A stretch of 64,000 bases of DNA from contig JAKFBU010000061.1 in the NCBI GenBank assembly GCA_036676985.1, positions 1 through 64,000 of the forward strand, read 5' to 3'. Of the stretch, positions 5,840-15,319 are shown piece after piece. The notes beneath the pieces were generated by a model. It saw nothing but the letters and a program-made list of their open reading frames with translations, was not told where the DNA came from and searched no databases. The position numbers were made by a program, and so were the translations under genes. This DNA comes from Candidatus Sericytochromatia bacterium. Its GTDB lineage: Bacteria > Cyanobacteriota > Sericytochromatia > S15B-MN24 > UBA4093. How positions within the stretch are numbered: position 1 is the stretch's first letter; each line of letters opens with the position of its first letter.

Positions 5840-8233
5840 ATGGCTATGGACGACAAGACTCTCAAGATGCTGGAATGGCCCCGGGTGGTGGAGCTCCTCG
5901 CGGAGCGCGCCACCTTCGAGCCGGGGCGCGATCGCTGCCGCGCGGTCGAGGTGCACACCGACCTCGACGCCGTCTCCCACGCGCTGCGCCTCACCACCGA
6001 GGCCAAGGACCTGCTGCGCGACACGCAGAGCTTCCCCATGGGTGGCCTGCACGACCTGCGCGCCGTGATCCGCCGCCTGGATCAGGGTGCGGACCTGGAT
6101 GGGCCAGAGCTCCTGGCGATCGCCCACACCCTCGCCTCCGCGCGGCGCCTCAAGAGCTTCCTCGCGGACCACGACGAGGAGTACCCGGCCTTGGCCGAGC
6201 TCGCCGTGCCCATCGTGCCCCTGCCCAAGGTGATCGACGAGATCCAGCGCTGCTTCGACCCGTCCGGCGAGGTGGCCGATCACGCGAGCCCCGAGCTTGC
6301 GACCATCCGCCACAAGCTGCACTCGGGCCAGGCCGAGATCCGCACCAAGCTCCAGCGCATGCTCCGCAGCCACGCCGACGCCCTGCAGGAGACGATCATC
6401 ACGGTGCGGGGCGATCGCTTCGTCCTGCCCGTGCGCGCCGACGCCAAGGGCCAGGTGCCGGGCATCGTCCACGACCAGTCCTCGACGGGCGTAACGCTCT
6501 TCATCGAGCCCATGGCCGTCGTCGAGCTCAACAACCAGGTCACCAAGCTGCGGCTCGACGAGCGCAACGAGATCGCCCGCATCCTCGCGCGCCTCACCGC
6601 CCTCGTCTCGGGGCACGGCGAGGAGATCCGCTGGACCATGGACGCCGTGGCGGAGATCGACTTCACCTACGCCAAGGCCCGCCTCTCCCAGGCGCTCGAC
6701 GGCTTCCACCCGCGCCTCGACAAGCAGGGCGCGACCATCCTCTACGGGGCGCGCCACCCCTTGCTCGCGGCCCGGCAGCTCAACGCCGACAAGCCCGAGA
6801 AGGTCGTGCCCATCGACGTCAGCGTGGGCGATCGCCACCAGGCCGTCATCATCACGGGCCCCAACACGGGCGGCAAGACCGTGACCCTCAAGACCCTCGG
6901 CCTGGTCACGCTCATGACCCAGGCGGGCCTGCATCCTCCGGTGGCGCCCGGCTCGCAGGTGGCCCTCTACCGGCAGGTCTTCTCGGACATCGGCGACGAG
7001 CAGAGCCTCCAGCAGAACCTGTCCACCTTCTCCGGCCACATGAAGAACATCATCCGCATCCTCCAGAAGGCCGATCACCGCACGCTCGTCCTGTTGGACG
7101 AGCTGGGCGCGGGCACCGATCCGCAAGAGGGCGCAGCACTCGCTCGGGCCATCATCGACACCCTGCTCGAGCGCGGCTCGCGCCTGGTGGCCACCACCCA
7201 CTACGGCGAGCTCAAGCTCCTCGCCTACGAGCAGGCGGGCGTCATCAACGCCTCGGTCGAGTTCGACGTGAAGACCCTCTCGCCCACCTACCGCCTGCTC
7301 ATGGGCGTGCCGGGCCAGTCCAACGCCATCACGATCGCCTCGGCCCTGGGCCTCAACCCGGAGATCGCGGGGCGGGCGCGCGAGCACCTCAAGAGCGGCA
7401 AGTCGGACGCCGCCGAGATCATCGGCCAGCTCGAGCAGGAGCAGCACGCGGCCGCCAAGGCGCGGGCCGACGCGGATCGCAAGCTCGCCGAGGCCGAGCG
7501 CATGCGCGCCGAGTACGAGGCCAAGCTCGCCAACTGGAGCCAGGAGCGCAAGGAGCTGCGCGAGAAGGCCCGCGACGCCATCCAACAGGAACTCGCCGCC
7601 ACCCGCGAGGAGATCGCGTCGATCACCCGCGAGCTGCAGGGCAGCAAGACGGCCCAGACCGCCCAGAAGTCCTACGACCGTCTCTCCAAGCTCAAGGGCC
7701 GCATGCAGAAGAACGAGCGGCCCGCGAACACGGTGAACGCCCGGACCTTGATGGTCGGCGACAGCGTCTTCGTGCCGCGCCTCAACCAGACGGGCGTCGT
7801 CCAGACCCTGCCCGATGCGAGCGGCGACGTCGTCCTCCAGGTCGGGATCATGAAGGTCACGGCCAAGATCGGCGAGCTGCAGCCCGCCACCAAGGAGACC
7901 ACGCGCCAGGCCGCCAAGAACCAGCCCGTCCCCTTCACGCCCAAGGCCTCCCGGCGCCAGAGCTCCGGATCGTCCACCGGCGGTCGTCAGGGCGGCATGG
8001 ATCTCGATCTGCGCGGCAAGATGGTCCATGAGGCCCTCAACGACGTGGATCTGTTCCTCGACATGGCCCTGGAATCGGATCTGAAGAACGTGTACCTGAT
8101 CCACGGCGGAGGCACGGGCGCCCTGCGGAGCGGCATCCGCGAGCACCTGCAACGCAGCCCCTACGTGGCCTCCTTCCGCCCCGGCGAGCAAGGCGAGGGC
8201 GGCGACGGCGTCACGGTCGTTACGCTCCGCTAG
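5840..8233 (+). CDS. mutS2: Endonuclease MutS2
   Basis: ITGPNTGGKT, DIGDEQS..QNLSTFSGHM, LLDELGAGTDP and a C-terminal Smr domain (LDLRG...IHG.GTG.LR). Confidence 0.95.
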   Translation: MAMDDKTLKMLEWPRVVELLAERATFEPGRDRCRAVEVHTDLDAVSHALRLTTEAKDLLRDTQSFPMGGLHDLRAVIRRLDQGADLDGPELLAIAHTLASARRLKSFLADHDEEYPALAELAVPIVPLPKVIDEIQRCFDPSGEVADHASPELATIRHKLHSGQAEIRTKLQRMLRSHADALQETIITVRGDRFVLPVRADAKGQVPGIVHDQSSTGVTLFIEPMAVVELNNQVTKLRLDERNEIARILARLTALVSGHGEEIRWTMDAVAEIDFTYAKARLSQALDGFHPRLDKQGATILYGARHPLLAARQLNADKPEKVVPIDVSVGDRHQAVIITGPNTGGKTVTLKTLGLVTLMTQAGLHPPVAPGSQVALYRQVFSDIGDEQSLQQNLSTFSGHMKNIIRILQKADHRTLVLLDELGAGTDPQEGAALARAIIDTLLERGSRLVATTHYGELKLLAYEQAGVINASVEFDVKTLSPTYRLLMGVPGQSNAITIASALGLNPEIAGRAREHLKSGKSDAAEIIGQLEQEQHAAAKARADADRKLAEAERMRAEYEAKLANWSQERKELREKARDAIQQELAATREEIASITRELQGSKTAQTAQKSYDRLSKLKGRMQKNERPANTVNARTLMVGDSVFVPRLNQTGVVQTLPDASGDVVLQVGIMKVTAKIGELQPATKETTRQAAKNQPVPFTPKASRRQSSGSSTGGRQGGMDLDLRGKMVHEALNDVDLFLDMALESDLKNVYLIHGGGTGALRSGIREHLQRSPYVASFRPGEQGEGGDGVTVVTLR

Positions 8234-8508
8234 AAATTAGCTTAATTCCAAGTTAAGAGTCCCCGCGACACCCGCCCGACCCACCGGTCGCGCGGGTGTC
8301 ATTGGTGATCGCGATCACCGTTCGGCGCCGTTTGGGACGGTCGATGTCAACAAACTGGCAAGCTGATCAAATTTAATCTCGAGTCGCCAATACATTTAAA
8401 CTGGGTTTAAACGAACCGGGACAAGATCCTCAGCCCCTCCGCGATAAAGCTAGTAACGCAACCAAGGGCTTGTGTGAGAGCGGGCCCGGTGAGACTGAGG
8501 AGAGAACG

Positions 8509-9291
8509 ATGAGCAGCGTACTCGGGTATGTTTGGACCCACCCCGAAGCCGTCGACGCCGATGCCATTTCGGCCGAGCAGGATTCCATCCGCGCCTACTG
8601 CGAAGCCCACAACATGAGCCTCGAGGGCATGAAGGTCGATGCCGGCGCCCTCGGTGCTGCCCTCGAGCGCCCCTCGATGAAGCAGATCGCCGAGAAGGAG
8701 AACATCACGGTCGTCGTCGCTTCGCTCGTGAGCCTGGGCCGTCGCTTCCACGACGTCGCCACCGTCCTGTCGGAGTTCAGCCACAAGGACATCCGCCTCA
8801 TCAGCGTCCAGGAGAACATCGACACCCAGCGTCCCGACGGTCAGCAGCTCCTGAAGCTCTTCGTCACCATTCCTCAGGTCGCCAGCTGGGTCCGTCCTCC
8901 CAAGGCCGGCAGCGCGCCCAAGGTCTTCGTCCGCAACCGCGAAGTGCTCCACAACGGCGGCACCTGCCCCTACGGCTACAGCCTGGACGAGGCCACCAAC
9001 CAGTTCGTCGTCAACCAGAAGGAAGCCGCCGTCGTTCAGCGCATCTTCCGTGAGCGCGCCGCTGGCCGCTCGCTGCGCCAGATCGCCAACGACCTGACCC
9101 GCGACGGCATCGCCACCAAGCGTGGTGGCCGGTGGCAGGCCAACACGGTGAAGACGATCCTCGAGAACATCTTCTACACCGGCGATTACCAGTGCCAGAA
9201 CCGCATCTACGCCGACGACCACGAGGCCGTCATCTCGAAGGAGATGTTCGCCGAGGTGAACTCCTCGGAGGAGATCCTCCAGGTCTGCTAA
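8509..9291 (+). CDS. Serine-recombinase homologue (resolvase-like plus recombinase domain), catalytic residues degenerate
   Basis: RBS GAGGAG. ENIDT, PYGY, EAAVVQRIF, SLRQIANDL, W...TV..IL.N.FY.G and HEA.IS motifs. YxRVS is replaced by YVWTH. Confidence 0.85.
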   Translation: MSSVLGYVWTHPEAVDADAISAEQDSIRAYCEAHNMSLEGMKVDAGALGAALERPSMKQIAEKENITVVVASLVSLGRRFHDVATVLSEFSHKDIRLISVQENIDTQRPDGQQLLKLFVTIPQVASWVRPPKAGSAPKVFVRNREVLHNGGTCPYGYSLDEATNQFVVNQKEAAVVQRIFRERAAGRSLRQIANDLTRDGIATKRGGRWQANTVKTILENIFYTGDYQCQNRIYADDHEAVISKEMFAEVNSSEEILQVC

Positions 9292-9324
9292 CAAGCGTCC
9301 ATCCCCCAGTCCCATTCCGCTCTC

Positions 9325-9362
9325 ACCCCGAGGGAGCCGACGAAAGTCGGCTCCCTCGGGGT
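9325..9362. terminator. Strong hairpin terminator
   Basis: Perfect 17-bp stem with a GAAA loop. Confidence 0.8.
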
Positions 9363-9576
9363 TTCTGGGTGTTTCAATAGGCGAGGGTTCAGGAATATAG
9401 CAGGCATGGTTGCTGTTGAAGTGGCTCACGGCCTTCCTGGTGGACCGGTTCTGGGACGGAGTCGAGCGGATCCTCGCTCGCAGCATGAAGCGACTGGGGA
9501 TGCGGCTTGTCCCGTAGGAAACAATGCCTTCCCTGGCGGTATGATGGAATGCGTGATCGCTCGACAAGGAGTTGCT

Positions 9577-10305
9577 ATGAACCGGATCGGCCTGACCCTG
9601 TTGACCCTCGTCGCCCTTTCCAGAAGTGCCGCCGCGGCTCCGCTCGCCACTCCCTTCGAGTTGAAGCTGCAGGCCTCCCTGGAGCTCGAGCGCGAGACCT
9701 ACGCGGACCGGATCCAGGAGGCGGTGTACGACGTCGTCGACAACTTCGCGTGTTGGGGATTCGCGATTGAGCCGCGATCGCTCGTCCGGCACGTTCAGGT
9801 CTTCGCGGACCTGCAGACGGCCCGGACCACCATCGCCAAGGCCTTCAACGCCAAGCCCGAGGACCTGCCTGAGACCTTCGGCGGTCTGGCGACCAACGAT
9901 CAGTTTTACCTGGCGTCGCCCGAGCTCTTTCGCAAGACCTGGGACAAGCAGTATGGGGCGGCCGCCTGGAACGAGCGAACCTACCATCGCCTCATGATGC
10001 ACGAGCTCTCGCACACGGCCCACGCGCAATTTGCCGTCAAGGTCCTCGGCGACGAGGAGCAGATGGGGCCGACCTGGTTCTTCGAGGGCTTCGCATGCTA
10101 TTCGGCGGGCCAATTTTCGGACCAGCCCGCGCTCGCTCGGGCTGACTTCACCCGCCAACTCGCCGAGATCCGCGCGGGCAAGCAGGCCGGCTACCCGGCA
10201 TACGCACGAATGGTCTCCACGCTGGCAGCCAAGGTTCCGGTTCCCGTGCTACTGCGGCATGCGGGCGACAAGGACTTCCCTGAAGCCTTCCTCTCGCAGT
10301 TGTAG
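9577..10305 (+). CDS. Secreted zincin-like metallopeptidase (gluzincin, MA clan)
   Basis: Signal peptide, HELSH and downstream WFFEGFA. RBS AAGGAG. Confidence 0.7.
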   Translation: MNRIGLTLLTLVALSRSAAAAPLATPFELKLQASLELERETYADRIQEAVYDVVDNFACWGFAIEPRSLVRHVQVFADLQTARTTIAKAFNAKPEDLPETFGGLATNDQFYLASPELFRKTWDKQYGAAAWNERTYHRLMMHELSHTAHAQFAVKVLGDEEQMGPTWFFEGFACYSAGQFSDQPALARADFTRQLAEIRAGKQAGYPAYARMVSTLAAKVPVPVLLRHAGDKDFPEAFLSQL

Positions 10306-10308
10306 CGG

Positions 10309-10659
10309 CTATCCCTCGACCATGTCCTCGGTCACGACCTCTCCGGTCACCGAGTGCATGCGCAGCCGGGCCGGGATGAGGTTCGGCCACCGCTCCGCCG
10401 GAGCGAAGGGCTCCAGACGCTTGGCCACGTACCAGGCCAGACGGATGGCAAGGGCCTCGGAGCGCGTGTTCCAGCTGAAGGCCACCTGCGACACGTAGGT
10501 CTCCGCCTCGTTGTAGTTCCAGTAGACGGCGACCATCCAGCGGTTGCCGGATCCCGACACCGCGATGTCGGCCCCGCCTCCCGAGAGGAAGAGGGCGTAG
10601 GGCTGGGCTCCCGGTTCGAGGTGGCCGTTCACCTCGGTGGTGGTGTCGTGGAAGATCAC
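10309..10659 (-). CDS. Hypothetical protein (116 aa)
   Basis: GTG start overlaps the upstream TGA (GTGA). Protein-like C-terminal part of the 337-aa ORF. Confidence 0.55.
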   Translation of the reverse strand: MIFHDTTTEVNGHLEPGAQPYALFLSGGGADIAVSGSGNRWMVAVYWNYNEAETYVSQVAFSWNTRSEALAIRLAWYVAKRLEPFAPAERWPNLIPARLRMHSVTGEVVTEDMVEG

Positions 10660-11315
10660 GCCGTTCGTTCGAAGCCACCGTTGCGAGGGGGCTGCGGCGC
10701 CGGCTCCATGACCTGGTCGAGGCGCCGGAAGTCGACCTGGAGGCGCTGGAAGTCGACGGCGTGCACGCCATCGAAGCGCGTGAACAGGTTGCTGAACAGG
10801 GACAGCGTCCATGCGGCGAAGGCCACGGGCAACTTCAGGCCGCCCGAGCCGAGCTGGAAGCTGTTGAAGTTGAAGTGGAACACCCCGGGGCCCACCTGGG
10901 TCGGCAGGGCGTTGACGTTGAAGGGGACCTTCCAGCCGAACAGGTTGAACTCGCCCCGCACCTGCAAGGTCCGGTCGTCGTTGACGTGCAGGGTCATGAA
11001 GGTCAAGGCGCCGCCCGAAGGGAACTCGAGCGTGTTGTCGACCGGCACGTCGAGGATGCCGTACCGCGCGTTGCCCGTGAGCCGCGCATGGGTGGCGTTG
11101 AAGTCCAGGCGAAAGTCGCGGCCGTGCTTGCCGGCGAGGATGTCCTCGATCTCGAGCGTCGCGGTGACGGGAATGAAGCCTAGCACGTCCTTGGTGACCA
11201 CCAGATCCCCTTGCGCGTTGACGCGCATGTCGCCGCCGCCCGCCGAGACGGGTGCTTTTGGCGCGGCCGGGGGCCGGGCGGGCATGTTCGGGATTGAGCC
11301 AACGGTTGCGATCAT
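10656..11315 (-). CDS. Hypothetical beta-rich protein
   Basis: Host-like codon usage, RBS AGAGG. Confidence 0.65.
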   Translation of the reverse strand: MIATVGSIPNMPARPPAAPKAPVSAGGGDMRVNAQGDLVVTKDVLGFIPVTATLEIEDILAGKHGRDFRLDFNATHARLTGNARYGILDVPVDNTLEFPSGGALTFMTLHVNDDRTLQVRGEFNLFGWKVPFNVNALPTQVGPGVFHFNFNSFQLGSGGLKLPVAFAAWTLSLFSNLFTRFDGVHAVDFQRLQVDFRRLDQVMEPAPQPPRNGGFERTA

Positions 11316-11386
11316 GGGGCACCTCTTGCCGGAGTTATCGCCCGCTGCCGGACCCCTATTTCTTATCTCGGGTTGAAGCTTTGGTC

Positions 11387-11420
11387 AAAAAGAAGCACGG
11401 GCGCCTAGAGGCGCCCGTGC
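11387..11420 (-). terminator. Terminator ending the long minus-strand cluster
   Basis: GCACGGGCGCC/GGCGCCCGTGC stem followed by TTCTTTTT on the minus strand. Confidence 0.75.
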
Positions 11421-11439
11421 CGTTTGTGGCGGGTGGAGG

Positions 11440-11934
11440 CTAGGCCTTCAGGAACTTGAAGAAGGTCTTGCCCATGACGATCTCGTCGCCGTCCTTGAGG
11501 GGCTGGGGGCTGCCGGGCAAGAGGCGGGGCCCACGGTTGACGTAGGTGCCGTTGAGGCTGCCCAGATCCTCGACCAGGTACTCGCCGGCCTCGACGTAGA
11601 GACGGGCGTGCCGACGCGAGATCTTGGCCTCGTCGTCGTCAGAGGTCAGGTCCACCTCGGGGAAGGCGCCGCCGTCGGGATCCCAGCGACCGATGTGCGT
11701 CTCGCCGGAGGCCTCGACGGCAAACTCCTTGCCCACGGTGCCGCCGCGGGTGATCACGAGCTTGGCCTGGTAGTTCGCGGGCTCGCTCACGACGGGCGAA
11801 GCACCGCCCGTGGAGCCTGCGGTCACCGGAGCGGCCGCCGGAATCGTCGCGGTGACGGCGAGCTTGCTGCCGCACTCATCGCAGAACTGGACGCCGGCTT
11901 GATTTTCGTGGTTGCACGAGACGCAAACGGTCAT
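11440..11934 (-). CDS. Zinc-ribbon plus FHA domain protein
   Basis: CxxC..CxxC, then IGR..ISRRHA..EDLGSLNGTYVN. Confidence 0.9.
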   Translation of the reverse strand: MTVCVSCNHENQAGVQFCDECGSKLAVTATIPAAAPVTAGSTGGASPVVSEPANYQAKLVITRGGTVGKEFAVEASGETHIGRWDPDGGAFPEVDLTSDDDEAKISRRHARLYVEAGEYLVEDLGSLNGTYVNRGPRLLPGSPQPLKDGDEIVMGKTFFKFLKA

Positions 11935-11953
11935 TGGAACTCCCTTTCCAGGC

Positions 11954-12307
11954 TTAGGCCGTGTGGAACTTGAAGAAGGTCTTGCCCATGACGAGCTCGT
12001 CGCCGTCCTTGAGGGCCTGCGGGCTGCCCGGCAGCAGGCGGGGCCCACGGTTGACGTAGGTGCCGTTGAGGCTGCCGAGGTCCTCGACGAAGAACTCATC
12101 GTTCTCGACGTAGATGCGGGCGTGCTTGCGCGAGATCTTGGCCTCGTTGTCGTCCGACGTCAGGTCGACCTCGGGGAAGGCGCCGCCATCGGGATCCCAG
12201 CGGCCGATCAGCGTCTCGCCGGAGGATTCCAGGGCAAACTCCTTGCCCACCGTGCCACCGCGGGTGATCACGATCTTGGCCGTCTGGGTGCTAGTAGTGT
12301 CGCTCAT
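11954..12307 (-). CDS. FHA domain protein
   Basis: IGR..ISRKHA..EDLGSLNGTYVN, near-identical to the adjacent FHA domain. Confidence 0.9.
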   Translation of the reverse strand: MSDTTSTQTAKIVITRGGTVGKEFALESSGETLIGRWDPDGGAFPEVDLTSDDNEAKISRKHARIYVENDEFFVEDLGSLNGTYVNRGPRLLPGSPQALKDGDELVMGKTFFKFHTA

Positions 12308-12337
12308 CGCGGGATGTCCTCCTCAGTTCGTGGGGGT

Positions 12338-13999
12338 CTAGGTGTACTCGGCGAGGTTGACGAGCACGACCGTGATGTTGTCCTCGCCTCCCCGTTGGTT
12401 CGCCAGGTTGACGAGCTTGCGGGCCGCCAGGTTGGGGTCGCCGGTGTTGACGACGACCTCCTGGAGCTCCTCGTCGGCGACGTGCCCGGTCAGCCCGTCG
12501 CTGCACAGTAGCAGCCAGTCCCCGATCTTCATGGGGCGCTGGTAGAGATCCACTTCGACGTTCGGGTAGGTCCCGAGCGAGCGGTAGATGAGGTTGCGCT
12601 GGGGGTGGACCGCCGCCTCCTCGAGCGTGATCTGGCCAATCTCGACCAGACGCCCGACCAGGCTGTGGTCGCGCGAGACCTTCTCGATGCCCTCGCGGTT
12701 GATCAGGTAGGCCCGGCTGTCGCCGACATGCCCGATGTACACGTTCTGGCCGAAGATGAGCCCCGCCGTGACGGTCGTGCCCATGCCCGAGAGGTCCGCG
12801 TTGTAGCGACCCGTCTCGTAGATGCGCTGGTTGGCGTTCTTGATGGCCTGCTGGAGAGCCGAGCGGATCTCGCCCGCGGCGTCCTCGACGCCTTCGCTCA
12901 GGCTCGCGAGCGCCTCCTGGATGTGCGAGGTGACGGTGTCCACGGCCAAGGCGCTTGCGATCTCGCCCGCGTTCACGCCGCCCATGCCGTCGGCGACCAC
13001 GTACAGGCCGAGCCCCGACTGGTTGGACTGGGTCGTGAAGTTGAGGTCGAAGACTGCGAGGCTGTCCTCGTTGCCCGCGCGGACCATGCCCACGTCCGAG
13101 CAGTGGCCAACCCAGCGCTGCGGGTTGTTGATGAGCGCCAGGAGGTGCGCCTTGAGTTCCTGGATGGTGCTGTAGCGCTCATCGGGATCGGGCGCCAGCA
13201 TGCGGCGGACGATCCGCTCGATCTGCGGGTGGATCGAGGGCAGGAAGGCGCTGACGTCCGGATAGTTGAAGCGCTCGTGCTCGTTGGCCCAGTAGTTCTC
13301 GGGGCTGTTGCCCGTGAGCAGGTGGTGCCAGATGGCGCCCAGGGCGTAGATGTCCGAGCGTTCGTCGACGCGGCCGCCCAGGTAGCCGAATTGCTCCGGC
13401 GGGCTGTAGCCCGGCGTGGCCTCCGGCGTGGTGCCCGAGGGCAGGATGAGGGAGCGGTGGAAGCCCGTGAGGCGGACCCGCTGGCCGTCGGGCGTGACGA
13501 CGATGTAGCGGGGCTGCAGGTCGAGGTGGACCAGCTGGCGGCGGTGCAGCTGCTGGATGGACTGGCACAGCTGGATCATCCAGTCCAGGGACTGCTGGAC
13601 CGAGATGTCGGCGCCGTTGCGCAGCACGTAGGCGAGGTCACGCCCTTCGAGCTGTTCGATCACCAGGTAGGCGCGCTCGTCTTCCTTGAAGACGTCTAGC
13701 GCCTTGACCACCGTCGGGTAGCTGACCGAGCGCAGGATCAGGAACTCGTTCTGCCACGGGTTGTCGTAGGCCTTCTCCGCCCACTCGCTGTCCGGCATGG
13801 CGCTCGCGGTGGCCTGATCCTCTTTTTCCTTGACGATGACCGTCAGGTTCGTCGCCTGATCGATGGCGCGATAGAGGTTCGAGCTGTTCTTGTACTCGAG
13901 GAAGCGCTCGATGCGGTAGCGGCCCGCTAGGAGCGTCTCGGGGGACAAGGGCGCGAGCGGCCCGATCTCGGAGCCGCGGTCTAGACGCGACGTGGTCAT
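12338..13999 (-). CDS. Ser/Thr pseudokinase fused to PP2C (Stp1-like) phosphatase
   Basis: Kinase fold with HLDLQPRY and TGF in place of DFG. PP2C motifs R..NED, VADGMGG, HVGDSRAY, CSDGL and GGEDNIT. Confidence 0.9.
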   Translation of the reverse strand: MTTSRLDRGSEIGPLAPLSPETLLAGRYRIERFLEYKNSSNLYRAIDQATNLTVIVKEKEDQATASAMPDSEWAEKAYDNPWQNEFLILRSVSYPTVVKALDVFKEDERAYLVIEQLEGRDLAYVLRNGADISVQQSLDWMIQLCQSIQQLHRRQLVHLDLQPRYIVVTPDGQRVRLTGFHRSLILPSGTTPEATPGYSPPEQFGYLGGRVDERSDIYALGAIWHHLLTGNSPENYWANEHERFNYPDVSAFLPSIHPQIERIVRRMLAPDPDERYSTIQELKAHLLALINNPQRWVGHCSDVGMVRAGNEDSLAVFDLNFTTQSNQSGLGLYVVADGMGGVNAGEIASALAVDTVTSHIQEALASLSEGVEDAAGEIRSALQQAIKNANQRIYETGRYNADLSGMGTTVTAGLIFGQNVYIGHVGDSRAYLINREGIEKVSRDHSLVGRLVEIGQITLEEAAVHPQRNLIYRSLGTYPNVEVDLYQRPMKIGDWLLLCSDGLTGHVADEELQEVVVNTGDPNLAARKLVNLANQRGGEDNITVVLVNLAEYT

Positions 14000-14014
14000 G
14001 CCGTAGCCTCCTTC

Positions 14015-15313
14015 CTACTTTCGGGTGCCCGTGACAGCCGCTGCCGGCGACTGACCCTGGGGATGCGTGACGACCCACCATGCGCCCACGGCCACGATGA
14101 GGGCCGCGACGACGGCGGCCGCTGCGATGAGGAGCTTGCGATTGGCCGGGGCCGCCGTCTTGCCGGTGGCCTTGGGCGGCGTGAGCGAGGCCGTGGCCGC
14201 CCGGTAGATCTGCGCGCTGGTCGAGGCGTGGTGGGCTGCGATGTAGTTGCGGCAGTGCGGGCAGAATTGGCGCGACTTGGAGATCGGCTCGCCGCAGTGC
14301 GGACAGTTGCGCACGGCGTTGGTGGCCTGGCCGCCGATGCGGATGAGCTCGACGATCAGGTCGTCGGCCGAGGCGTAGCGCTTCTCGATGTCCGGATCGA
14401 GCGATCGCATCACCAGCGCCTCGGTCTCCTCGGAGATGTCGGGGTTGAGCTGGCGGACGGGCGGGAACGAGAAGGGGGGCTCGTTCTGCGGGTCGCGGCC
14501 CGTGAGCATGTAGTGCATGGTCGCGCCCAGGGCGTAGAGGTCCGTGCGCGGCTCGACCTGGCCGCGGTACTGCTCGGGCGGCGCGTAGCCCTGGGTGCCG
14601 ATCATGGTGCCCCGGGCCGTGGGGTTGAAGAAGCGGGCGATGCCGAAGTCCACCAGGTAGATCTTGCCGAAGTCGGTCAGCATCAGGTTCGCGGGCTTCA
14701 TGTCCCGGAAGATGATGGGCGGCTTCTGGTGGTGCAGGTAGCTCAGCACGTCGCAGACCTGGATGGCCCAGCCGATCACGCTCTTCTCGTCGAAGGGCGT
14801 GTTGCCGGCCTCGTTGATCCGGGCCTCGAGGTCCGTGCCGTTGATGTACTCCATCACGATGTAGTGGCGGTTGGCCTCGGTGAAGCGATCGAAGACCTCG
14901 GGGATGGAGTTGTGCTTGAGGTTGGCGAGCAGGTCGGCCTCGCGGTAGAAGTTCTGCATGGCCGTCTCGCGCTGCTCGGGGTCCGAGAAGTGGTCGAGCA
15001 TCTCCTTGACCACGCAGACCTTGCTCGAGAAGCGGGTGTCATTGGCGAGGTAGACCGCGCCCATGCCGCCCTGACCCACGAGCTGGGTGATGCGGTAGCG
15101 ATCCTGCAAGAGGGTCGACGGCGCCAGGAGGCCGCTGGATCCCACGGATCCGGCCGGCTGGGTGACATGGGTGCTGACGGTGGTGGCGGTGACGGCGGCC
15201 CGCAGGGGCTTGCCACAATCGCAACAGAAGCGATTCTCGTGGGCATTCTCCGTCTGACAGTTGGGGCAGAGCAACTTCCCGGCGACCTCCACGGCCCTGA
15301 GCTCCTCACTCAC
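14015..15313 (-). CDS. Hanks-type Ser/Thr kinase with zinc ribbons and a C-terminal TM segment
   Basis: GQGGMGAVY, FRDMKPAN, DFGIA and GTQGYAPPE motifs. Confidence 0.92.
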   Translation of the reverse strand: MSEELRAVEVAGKLLCPNCQTENAHENRFCCDCGKPLRAAVTATTVSTHVTQPAGSVGSSGLLAPSTLLQDRYRITQLVGQGGMGAVYLANDTRFSSKVCVVKEMLDHFSDPEQRETAMQNFYREADLLANLKHNSIPEVFDRFTEANRHYIVMEYINGTDLEARINEAGNTPFDEKSVIGWAIQVCDVLSYLHHQKPPIIFRDMKPANLMLTDFGKIYLVDFGIARFFNPTARGTMIGTQGYAPPEQYRGQVEPRTDLYALGATMHYMLTGRDPQNEPPFSFPPVRQLNPDISEETEALVMRSLDPDIEKRYASADDLIVELIRIGGQATNAVRNCPHCGEPISKSRQFCPHCRNYIAAHHASTSAQIYRAATASLTPPKATGKTAAPANRKLLIAAAAVVAALIVAVGAWWVVTHPQGQSPAAAVTGTRK

Positions 15314-15319
15314 GGCTTT

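Noticed and set aside
11440-12307. Near-identical FHA repeats as a DGR template/variable pair
   Set aside because: Both are intact genes, the differences are not adenine-specific, and no reverse transcriptase is present.
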